From NCBI RefSeq assembly GCF_006345805.1, contig NC_042999.1, forward strand, positions 171,802,001 to 171,866,000: a stretch of DNA of 64,000 nucleotides, written 5' to 3'. Both the position numbers and the translations under genes were made by a program. The notes beneath the pieces are model-generated. The model ran no database searches, had not been told where the DNA came from, and saw only the letters and a program-made list of their open reading frames with translations. The stretch's first letter is position 1. Every line of letters starts with the position of its first letter. Shown piece by piece: positions 25,696-36,504 of this stretch. The stretch comes from Octopus sinensis. Lineage: Eukaryota.

Positions 25696-26497
25696 CTCCC
25701 TGTTTGTTTCTCTCTCCTTTCTCACTTTCCCACTCTGTTACTCTTCCTTTCTCTCGGACTCTCCCTCGCTTTATCTATCTCTCTCCCATTTATAAACAAC
25801 AAAAGATCTTGAGTAAGTTGAGAAATAAAATATTTAGAAAGATCAATCATAAATATCAGGCAATAACAACGGAAAGGTCTGCTTCAAGGCAGACAGCAAA
25901 ACACTAACTTTTAAAAGGGACAGACGAACTTGCGAGCTGAATAAAAATAATAAAATATTGGAAACCAAAGTTTGAAGGGATAGAATGTGAGGATAGTAGA
26001 GTCACCATGGCTGGCATTTCTTAACGACGGACAGCAACGTATTGACAGTTTAACGGCTGGCGTAAAATTTGGAACTTGATGTAAAAGAAAATCCCTAAAC
26101 ACCAAGTTTTGAAGTTATTCTTTCTCACGACAGTAGACTCACCATGGCAAGCATTCAAAACTTCTTCATCATGGACGGCAACACATTGACGATTAAAAGG
26201 CTGGCGCAAATTTTTTTAGCTTGATGTAACAGAGAATTCCTAAACACCCACTCCTTTAAATTTTAATCCCCTTCCAGCACCATTTAGACCCCTTTTCACA
26301 TTTTGGTTAATATAACCCGATTTCATTCGGTCTACTGGGGCCACATTTTATAAGATGAGGAATTTTGTCCTAGAGGTCACGCATTTCATTTGAGAAAAAA
26401 AATAGTCGTCATGCAAACTTGCCAGCACTTTTAACATTGGTGTGCATATTTTCAGCTTAACCGACCTCATAATGCACACCTTATGTATATATATAGA
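25296..26497 (-). mobile_element. Non-autonomous Helitron, interrupted by an RTE-type tail
   Basis: On the minus strand: A|TCTATATATA start at 26497, GC-rich partial hairpin remnant (GCGCGTAGAGCGGGT) and CTAG|T end at 25296. Internal ~135-bp tandem pair (25995-26105 and 26133-26250). Confidence 0.7.
25361..25693 (+). mobile_element. 3' end of an RTE-type retroposon with a (GAT)n tail
   Basis: Repeated GTGCCGGYGGCACGTAAAAAGCACC units, GCGTTAGGAAGG, and CGTTAAACGATGATGAT tail. RTE assignment is from recall of similar 3' ends. Confidence 0.7.
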
Positions 26498-27264
26498 TAT
26501 GTATATATGTGTGTGTGTGCGTGTGTTGGAGTCTCTCTCATACGTGAACGTTGACGCTGATATCGACTGGTAAGCAGGTAACCTTGTGTTTGTTCAAATA
26601 GTTGTGAGCTGCTGGAGTTATTTCTCTGACGAGTAATAGGAATTTCCATATCCTCCGAGGAAACGAACTGTTGACCCAGACAATTAAAATTAATTTTAAT
26701 AAAAGCATCAATTTAAGAAAAAATAATAAAGTAGTAAGAAATGAAAATTTAGCACGAAAAATTTGCAGGGTTCTAAATAAATCTTAAAATGTAATAGATA
26801 CAAAAAAGCTACGTTATCACCGGAACACGAACGCTCGTTGGTGTGTTCTGTTTGTATTTGCTCCATTGGCGCGTTGACAGGCAGATAATAGAATGCGATG
26901 GCGAGATTCATAATATTTGTTCTCATGATGTGTGGTGTTGGTGGCGATGACAATTCTCCCTATGAATGCAGACAGCGAGATATAGAAGACCGTTTGAGGA
27001 AGGGAAAGTGATGGGAAGGTAGGAAATAGAGTGAGTGAAAAAGTGCGAGGAAGACAGATACATTAAAGAATGCGAGTGGACTTGTCAAAGTGGGGTTTTG
27101 GCCCTAGCAACGACACCTTTTAAGATAGGGATTTCTAACGTAGCCCACGGGCATCGTCATCTCATTTTACATGTCCCTGTAAACTTTGGAGTCAATCCGA
27201 CGGGATGTAGTGGCCTTGAAAGCGATCCAAGCGGTCGAAACGCATTTCAGTTTTATATATATAT

Positions 27265-27560
27265 ATATATATATGAAGAATTCACAAAAAAAACAAAGAC
27301 GAAGAGAGGTTGTGTAGACAACAAACATATGTGTTAGTTTAATGTTCGGGAAGTGAAAAATTCTTTAGTGTTTGAAACCTACGCAGGAACACAGAAAGAA
27401 ACAAGGAAAGAAAATAAAGAACGTGTAGATACTAGCGATCTATCATGGCGAATGCTGGACAGGGGGTCACACAGGAGAGCTAGGAAGACGGGGAGATAAT
27501 AAAGTAGTGGTGATCCCAAAATGAAGGTGCGTAGAATAAGAGAACATGTATGTGCGTGTG
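27265..27560 (-). mobile_element. Short ORF-less repeat loosely related to the 24235-24425 element; hammerhead partly deleted
   Basis: Reverse complement shows a pyrimidine tract, GCGTAGGTTTCAAACAC, CTTCCCGAACATTAAACTAA and a TTTTTTGTG end next to (TA)n, the same layout as 24300-24420. Confidence 0.4.
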
Positions 27561-29618
27561 GAAGAGGGTTGGAGACTTTGACCTGTGCGTGAGCGTATGT
27601 ATAGGTGTGTATGTTTGCATATATATATATATATATATGCAGCAATATATATTGACATAAGTCTCCCTGTAGATTTTTGCGTGTGCTTTCGAATGGTCGA
27701 GGTCATCAGACTTCCTATTTAGCAAATATCTCCAAGAAGACAATGGGGAATGCTTGTCCATTGTGGAAGTTACATGAACGACAAACCTTGATCGAAAATG
27801 CAACAATGTCACTTCGAAGCCAAAATTATAAATATGTAGGTAAGTTTCCTGTGCTTAGTTTATGTTTATGTAGAAATAGGTAGTTTATTGACGATCGTTA
27901 GCTTATTTTGGAGATGCTTTTCTTTAAATTTCTATCAGGTATTAACACTGATGCACATGAGATTACATATATTCACTTGTATTTGCATGCACCTGAATTC
28001 AGCTTCAACATTATACACACAGACACAAGAAGATAGACACACACGCACACACACACATACATACACACACACGCACACGCACACACACGCACACACAGAG
28101 TCTAAATAATGAAAGATTTTTACAGCAATTGTTACCTGCAAAATCATCATTTTATATTTCCAGTAACAAAATATCGACTAAATGAGGAAGAGATACAACA
28201 CAATAAATGAGCAGCTGCTTATAGGAGAAAGATAAGGGTAACTGTAATCTGTGTCAACTAACTGTAATCTGCGAAAACTAAAGATGATCTGTGTTAAAAA
28301 GAAAACATCTACTTCTTCAAAATAGTAACATGCAATGAGTAGAATTCTTACATTTTGTGGAATTGTACTCCTTATTTGAGATAAGAGTTATGCACAATTT
28401 CTACGTATATCAGAGATTCTGATTTCCATTAATCCAGTCGTTCTTCTGGATTCTTTCAACGTGAAACCACTGTAATAATTTACCAATGAGTAAGACTTAA
28501 AGATAGTAAAAGGTTACATACGTACACACACATACACGTGCACACACACACACACAGCCAGACAAAAATACAATCACACAGATACACGCTTATACACAAA
28601 TAAGCATATTCAAATACTTATACAAGCATGTATGTGTATACCCATAGGCACACATATATAATTGCATTAATATGAGCTTGGGGGATTTCATTAATGATGC
28701 ATTTAGCGATACAAATTTTGTTTCATTTTTAGTAATCTTCAGAGATTAGAGAATTCGTTTGAAGCAAATGATCTTGTAGAATGAGAACTATTAATGATGT
28801 CATATATGGAAAAACAAATTAAAAAAAACAACAAAAACAAATATACGTTGGAAATCATATTTACATGGAGACTAAAAAGTATATTCGTCTTCCGTATTTC
28901 TGAAGATTGCCAGGTTCTCAGCTTTATATTTTGAGAGACCTGGGGTGTCTTAGTTCAAATTTTTAATGAAATAATCGGTTACAATAGGGGGTAAGAACCA
29001 GATTCTTGTTCACCATGTGCCCCCCCCCTCTCCTTAGCTTCTCTATTCATATCACCTTCAAACTATTGTACTCCACACTGAGTGATCCTGAAGGAAATGT
29101 TCTTAAGTAAACCACTCTAGGATATCCTTTTTTAAAGTCGTCTTTAGCGTTCCTTTTTATATCTTCTTCGGTCCTTCACGTGACCGAAAACAACTGCTAG
29201 TTCATCGAGAAACATATTGTCAATGAATATGATGACTCTGTCCGTTATTGGAGCTGCGTTCTTTTTGTTTCAACGTCTATTGGCAAGGTTAAAAAAGCAA
29301 CGTAAATCTTATAAGAAAAAGTATAGATAATAAATGAACGGAAATTGGATTAGTGAGGGTGTTAGATAATAAGGCAAGTCAATATAACGCTCCAAAGATT
29401 CAGTATATATGTATATGTGTGTGTGTGTGTGTAGAAATATATATATATATTTGTATATATATGTGTGTGTATACATAAGTATATATCTATCGATCTGTTT
29501 ATCTATCTCTCTTTCTATCTATCAATCTATCTAAGTATATATATATATATGTATATATGTGTGTGTGTGTGTGTCTGTGTGTGTGTAAATATAATATGTG
29601 ACAATTATTCGGTAGTCA

Positions 29619-29671
29619 TGATAAAAATCTGAGTTTCGGATGTCGGAGCGGAAACCCACGCCGGCATCTCT
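29619..29671 (-). ncRNA. Type I hammerhead-like motif with extended stem II
   Basis: Minus strand TGATAA-CTGAAGA-GATG(CCGGCGTGGGTTTCCGCTCCGA)CATCC-GAAA-CTCAGATTT-TTATCA. Stem I TGATAA/TTATCA is perfect; stem III needs one G-to-T reversion. Confidence 0.55.
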
Positions 29672-29771
29672 TCAGTTATCAGGCCATCGATAAAACTGCT
29701 ATGAAAATGACCGTTAAACAAAGGGAAATTACTGTGCGATCAGTTAAAGTTCAGAAAAAAAGTGAAAAAAA

Positions 29772-30005
29772 GTGAATATTTGTGAGGAAATAATGCAGAA
29801 CTTACAGCTCTTATACCCTGACTATAAATTCTCACGTGTACCTATCATCACAGCTTCAGCACTTTATGTACCAACTTCACATGTAAAACATAGACATACT
29901 CGGTTTCACGGAGAAAGAACAACAGAAAATGATGCGGTTTCTCCAAAACCAATCGATTAGTGGCACAGTGTAGATTTGTAAGGCATTCGAAACATCTCCA
30001 TCTGA
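29772..30005 (+). mobile_element. 3' fragment of an RLE-type LINE (endonuclease C-terminus)
   Basis: ICEEIMQNLQLLYPDYKFSRVPIITASALYVPT resembles the RNLQLLYPDYKFxFxPIIIGALG C-terminus of R4/NeSL-like elements, followed by a decayed GTVKICKxF. Confidence 0.6.
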
Positions 30006-30197
30006 GATACCTATGTGATTATAAGCACACGTCAGTGTATGCCTCGACAGTTCAAGCAACACACCAATTCACCAACATAGTTAGAAACACTGGGAACTCT
30101 CTAAAAGTTTACTCACTTTGCAACCTTCTTGAAATGTCTTAAGAAGAATTTAAATACACCGCAAAGAAAAATGATAAAACATACATTTCTTATATGC

Positions 30198-30236
<39 letters not shown>

Positions 30237-30689
30237 CGTGCGTGTGTGTGTGCGTGGGTGTGGGTGTATGTATATGCATATATGCGTATTGGTTGAAGTA
30301 TATAAATAAGTATGCAGATCTATATAATAGTGTATATACACATGTATATATCAACATACACTTCCCTCAGCCCCCTCACTGTCACTTTAGCCAGTACAAT
30401 AAGCACCATCTATTTTTAGAAATTTGACCACTATAGCTTATTATACTTCCCTTCTTTTTCTGAGGTTTAAAATTCACTTAAGTAACCCACTGTACTCATC
30501 CCTCAATCTCAGTGCCTTTCAAACATATCATCCTACCTCCCACTCTTTACACATATTCATTCCTTACATTCTTATTTTTACCACGCCCTCTCCTACTCCT
30601 CTCTCAAACCCTTCATAATATCTTGCCCACCAAATAACACTCCTTTTTTTCCTTATCTTTTCTCTCCTCTCTTTCTACTTAATACTACC

Positions 30690-31060
30690 ACTACGTTCTC
30701 AAGATTTCAATCACACAAGATCCTTTGAAGGAGCAGCACATAGAATCTACATCTCCACACTTTCCACTTGTAATGAAAAAAATAATTCCTATCGGAATTT
30801 ACATACCATGAACAAGAAGCATTTCTTCCACTTCTACACACCACTTTCCTTGGATAATGGAACAACAACTATATTATCCTACGTATATTTATATATCTAA
30901 AAAATTTTTTACTTTTATTCTCTAATTTCCTTTTATAATTCTTATTTCCATTCTTTTCCAAAATAACTCCTTATACTAAACTCTACTATTTCCCTCTATT
31001 TAACCATCTCGCGTCGTCTCTGATGAAGAGATATCCCTAATATCACAGAAACTAACTTTT
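30690..31060 (+). mobile_element. Decayed Penelope-like GIY-YIG C-terminus and 3' end with a hammerhead-like motif
   Basis: DFNHTRSFEGAAHRIYISTLS resembles RxNNHTxSF..STxLSxYIW. CGTCT-CTGATGA-AGAGATAT(CCCTA)ATATCAC-AGAAA at 31016-31057. Confidence 0.5.
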
Positions 31061-32609
31061 TCTTTATAAATGTCCTGAAAATTTCACACAGCCTCGGCTT
31101 TGTTGTTTCATTTTATTTAACATATACATGCACATACAAGACCCGCATTAGACTCATCACTCGTATTATTATCGAACTGAGAGTTTAACTACGGCTCTTC
31201 CATAGATCTTTCATAGCCTTAGCTGCCACCTGTCTCTTATTTCTGAAGAAGAGCTTTCTAGCTTTCTTTCCTTCCTTGAGTGTCCGTTAATGCTTTGCAT
31301 ATACCTCATACTTGCGTAGTTGTACTTTTTTCGTACAGAGCTACTTTGGCTGAACTACAGAGCTACCTATTGTGCAGAATGACTAGAAAAGAATAGAATA
31401 AAATAGAGAAATAGAAAGAGAAATGGGTGAAAAAATATGTAAAGGGCTACTGAAATAAAGGCAGTGGAAACATCAAAGCATTTCTCAATTTTAAAGTCCT
31501 TTGCTGAGTGAGTGATTGAAGATACCATAGAGACACAGATGTTTACTTGAATGAATGAATTGTAGGGTTCCATGCATTTTCCTTGTACCAAATTCTCCTC
31601 ACATCTTATGCTTCAACCAGAGGCTGTAGTTAACACACAATTGAAGTACTGCAGTGAGCAGTCAAACGTAGAACAACTTCATTTCGCTTTCTTTATTTTA
31701 TACATGAAATCAACGCTGAGAATGTTACTAAATGGTCTTATTAATAAATTTAAATATATACGGTGCATTCCGCTATTTGATGGCTTTATATATATATTGT
31801 TCACCAAACACCAAGTGATCAGAAGACTATGCTCATTAAAGTTGCCACGCACAAATGTACGACATATACAATCAAATATGCTCTCTGAATAATGAATACT
31901 TTTGGATGAAGTTGTTACCTGTAGTCATATACATGAATATATTTTTTTAATGGACAAGACTTGAGATTGAGAAAAAGCTATAAACAACATATGCGACGAG
32001 ATGCTTACATGTGCAATCAGGTTATGAATAATTTTATACTATCCAGAACATTTTATAAATACAAAAGAAAAAAAATGCATATTTCACTATAAATATATAT
32101 TTGTATATAACTAAAAGAAAAAAAGAAAATACACTCTCCGTTAACGATATTTTCGGTTGAAGAAACTGGTATTATGAATTCTGTTCACGTTCAGTAATTA
32201 TTAAATAAGATCGTGTTTTATTCGTAAAGAACAGATTTTAATAATTTGGACACTATCTACCTCCGTGATGAAACAAGTTAGTACGTTGGTTCATGAGGTG
32301 ACATCTGACTTTTGGTGAAGCACTTACCATATTTCCTATTCTTTTGGGAATATCAGCGAATTATTTACGTACTCTCGAGCTCGATTAAAATTCCTTAAAT
32401 ATCTATCACCAACTAAATAATATTCTTGGAAATTGTTTTAACAATTGCTGTATTATACCAGAGAGTAAGCATATAAAATACATATATACGTGTGTTGGTA
32501 TGTATGCATACATACGTGTATAAACTTATATATATATATATCTTAGAGGGAAAATCAAAACCAAAGCAGAACGAATATCTCAAGTCATTTAGAATAATTT
32601 AATTAGGTA

Positions 32610-32900
32610 GGGATAACCCAAGTGGCAGGTTAAAATGTCAGTGCACTGGGTATGCCGTCATCAAAGACAAAGTGTGGATATTTTAGACGGGGAAAATTTA
32701 CAGTTAACAAGGAATAAAATTCGCAGTTTATAAGAAATAAAATAGAAGAATAAAGGAGAAAAATAGAGGAATAAAGAGTAAAATTAGTCAGAACAATATA
32801 GGCAGGAGAATAAAGTTCAAAACTTATCTTTTTCCAGAGCATACAGATGTTGGTCGGAACTTCCATTAAGGTACAAGTTTTCAGTTAAAATCCCAGGCAA
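32610..32900 (-). mobile_element. Penelope-like 3' terminus
   Basis: Minus strand GTCT-TTGATGA-CGGCATACCCAGTGCACTGA..CCACTTGGGTTATCCC; the same motif lies in inverted orientation at 33136-33210. Confidence 0.5.
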
Positions 32901-33129
32901 ATCCAGGCAGTGTTTCGGCAGTATTCATATTATAAATGTGTATATAGAGCGAGAAAGTATGATGGGCATAAATAGGTTTTGTGAGTGGGTGTATGAAAAG
33001 GATTAGAAAATAAGGCAGTTGTAAAAGGCTAAAAAATAAGAAGAAAATAAAAACATAAATAAGAATATTATAATTAAAATAAAAAAATAAAAGGTAATGA
33101 CATATATTCATACCTAAAATATTCATACC

Positions 33130-33212
33130 TTGTACCTGATGACGAATTACCCAGTGCACTGATATGGTAACCCACCACTTGGGCTGTCCCAGAAATGGCT
33201 GTAAGTCTTCAA
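33130..33212 (+). mobile_element. Second copy of the hammerhead-bearing PLE terminus
   Basis: CTGATGA-CGAATTACCCAGTGCACTGATATGGTAACCCACCACTTGGGCTGTCCC-AGAAA-TGGCTG-TA-AGTC. Confidence 0.5.
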
Positions 33213-33576
33213 ATTCACCTTACCTTAATTACATTATTCTAAATAACTTCAGATGCTCGTTCTGCTTTGTTTTTTAAAAATTTTTCCTCTAATTCAATGT
33301 ATATGTGCTATAAAGGTATTAGGCAAGAAAATTACTACATGCCAAATGTAAATCTTTCGATACATCTATCTATAGATGTGTACACGGGAATGGATATATA
33401 TGAATACACACATACACACATATACACACACAAACCACATTTATACATACGTTTATTATATATATATATTATATATAATATATATATATATATTATATAT
33501 ACATTATGTGTATACGTATATCTGTATATGTGTGGGTGTGTGTCCTTATAAAAGGCAAAGTTTCATTGTATCATCA

Positions 33577-33676
33577 NNNNNNNNNNNNNNNNNNNNNNNN
33601 NNNNNNNNNNNNNNNNNNNNNNNNNNNNNNNNNNNNNNNNNNNNNNNNNNNNNNNNNNNNNNNNNNNNNNNNNNNN
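33577..33676. other. Assembly gap (100 N)
   Basis: Directly visible. Confidence 1.
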
Positions 33677-34203
33677 TCAGAGTAATAAAAGCTGGTCGTG
33701 GTGAAAGGTATTCAATCCTATCGCTAATCTTAAGATCGTTAGCTATTCCTCTTGCTTCTAAGTTCACCTCTTTGTATATATTCGTGTTGTCTTTTTTGTA
33801 TGTGTCCGTGACACTATTCGAAATCAGGCGTTTATAAACGTCCTTATCAAGTTCCTTGTCTTGTCAGAATTAACGAAGATCTTATTCGAGTCGTTAATCT
33901 CCTTCATTTTTTCTCTCATCATGTTTTTTTGCAATTGGTAGGTATATTTGCGGAATTTAATTTTCCTAATAAGCTCGAAAGGTCTTTCTCGAAGGCTTCT
34001 AATTCCGGAATCGGTGGCGGGTTTCTGGGAGATTTAAATCCATATTTGTTTCCTTCTATTTTCTGTCTATTATCAAAGAAGAAGGCTTTCCATCTCAGTC
34101 TTCTAATAAACTCTTCCGTTTTCTCTATAAGACCTTTGAGATATTGTTTTCCGTGCGGGATAGGTATATTTTTCTGAGAAAAATCCAGCGGGTAAAGTTC
34201 CAT
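33677..34203 (-). pseudogene. N-terminal coding region of a Penelope-like element (Naiad-like), cut by the gap
   Basis: MELYPLDFSQKNIPIP..LIEKTEEFIRRLRWKAFFF..YGFKSPRNPPP..FEKDL, then after a frameshift FELIRKIKFRK..IFVNSDKTRNL, then after another frameshift TYKK..EARGIANDLKISDRIE..AFITL. No in-frame stop once the two frameshifts are corrected. Confidence 0.85.
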
Positions 34204-34303
34204 CTTTTTCAGCTGTTTGTTCTTCCTACTTGTGCAGAGTCGCTCAAAACTTTTACAAGGAGCGGGTTACACCGGAGTAAACACATAAATGTGAAACAAG
34301 GTG

Positions 34304-34345
<42 letters not shown>

Positions 34346-34605
34346 TAATGTGTGTGTAAAATAGTCAAGGTAGAAAATGCTAAGGTAATTTTATAATAAA
34401 ACATTTCGCTACCGGTTTCAGTCATTGAGACTTTCTCAACTGTAAGTATGGAAAACAATTAAATTTGGAAAAATTAAACGACAATCATTTTAAAAGAATA
34501 GTTGCATAGTATTCAAATACAAGGGTCGTCATTTTCCTTGTTTCTGCCTGTCTCTGTCTCTCTTGTTTACTCTTGTGGGTTCGAGGTCGTTTTGAATGCC
34601 TGGCA

Positions 34606-34810
34606 GAGAAGAAGAAGAAGAAGAAGAAGAGAAGAAGAAGAAGAAGAAGAAAAAGAAGAAGAAAAAGAAGAAGACGAAAAAGAAAAAAGAAGAAGAAGAA
34701 GAAGAAGAAGAAAAAGAAGAAGAAGAAGACGACGAAAAAGAAAAAAGAAGAAGAAGAAGAGAAGAAGAAGAAGAAGAAGAAGAAGAAGAAGAAGAGAAGA
34801 AGAAGAAATA
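34606..34810. repeat. Compound (GAA)n/(GAC)n purine tract
   Basis: Directly visible; source of poly-E/K/R ORFs. Confidence 0.95.
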
Positions 34811-35284
34811 ATAATGCAGGAGTGCTATGATAGTAGTAAGATGTTAAATGGTCAAGTACACTAAAAGTGACTTGTTGTGGATGGTAGTTGTGATTGAATT
34901 CTTGAGATATCTCTTTTGAAAGTATTTTTAATGATATTTGCGTAGGTGTTATTTTAAACAGTAAGAGTAGTAAAGTAAAGAAGGTGGTGGCGGAGGGAAG
35001 AAGAAGACGAAGAAGAAGAAGAAGAAGATAGAATATTAAGAGAATGCAGAATGGTAGGCTAGTAGTAGGATGTTAAATTGTCAAGTAACGGAAAAGTGGC
35101 TCGTTTTGGATTATATAAGTGATTACGACTGTTTTAAATGAATTCTTGGGAATCTCGTTTAAATTTATCATTTCTAATATTTGCGTGTATGTTGATTCTA
35201 AGGTTGTGGAGGATATATCATTTGTCGTGGATGCGTTCAAAAGGGGTCTGTATGACAGTTTCATTCTTTGGTATGAAATTATAG

Positions 35285-36430
35285 AGAGACTTAAACAAGC
35301 ACTTATAAATGGACTTGATGTAAATATTTAATTCACGATGGAACATAGCCATCAACAACTTCCCTTCCTTGACATCCTCATTAAGAAATCTAACAACGTA
35401 ATAGAAACAGATATATACTATAAGCCCACGGACTCCAAGCAATATCTAACGTTCACCCCAGACACACCAGAATGAATATCCCAGTCAACCAAGCAAAAAG
35501 GATATGTACTATAGTTTCTAATGTAAGCACCAGGGACACACAACTACATGAACTATAGGATACACTCATCACCAGGAACTACCCATCTTCACTAATTGAT
35601 ATATACTTTCAACGTGCCCTACAACTCAATATCCTAGAAATCAGACATTCCAAATTAAAGAAGGATTTACAAACAAAAACCCTAACATACATCTCCAGAT
35701 ACAATCCTCTTAACAATTGAAGCCTTCGACACCATCCTTCAAACCATTTTCCTGCTAAAAAAGGACCATAGAATGAACATAATCCTCCAAACACACACCA
35801 TCATAAAAAGCAAGAGACAGCCGAAATCTAGGAAAAGTCTGAATACGCTCAACAACAACACCGAAGCGGTTAGTAAAACAATGCGGAAGACGCAACTCTG
35901 GGATGTGTTTCAAATTAATTGAGGGACCAGTGTTCTCCTTCAAACAAGGATAACGTTTCACAGTGAAAAGCAGCTTCACATGTGCTTCGGAGAACCTGAT
36001 ATACGCACTAACCTCCTCTGGGTGTCAAGGCCATACAAAAAACAGTCTAGTCAAAGGATGGCTCTGCACAGATCCCAGATAAAATTTAAAAAAAACACCC
36101 AAAAAGTAACATTCAACCGACATATCGACATATGCACCAATAACAATAATCCTACCTTCGATTTTTTTCCCTCTATCAATTCAGGGACGATACAACCTGT
36201 AGCCAACAAAATAGTAAAGAATACCTCTTTATTACAAAATACAAACCCCTTTTGAACGCATCCACAACAAATGACATATCCACCACGACCCTAGAATAAA
36301 CACTCACGCAATTATTAAAACTGATACATTCAAAAATGATACTCAAGTATTCATTAAAACAGTCCCAGTCACTGCTATAAGCCAATGACTGAAGCCGGTA
36401 CTGAAATGTTATCATAAAATTATTTTAGCG
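35285..36430 (+). mobile_element. 5'-truncated Penelope-like element (RT thumb and GIY-YIG)
   Basis: NIKFTMEHSHQQLPFLDILI..ETDIYYKPTDSKQYL..IPVNQAKRICTIVS..RNYPSSLID; FTCASENLIY; RMALHRSQI; KEYLFITKYKPLLN. Frameshifted. Confidence 0.88.
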
Positions 36431-36460
36431 TTTTCTGCCTCGACTTTTCCCTATATATAA

Positions 36461-36504
<44 letters not shown>

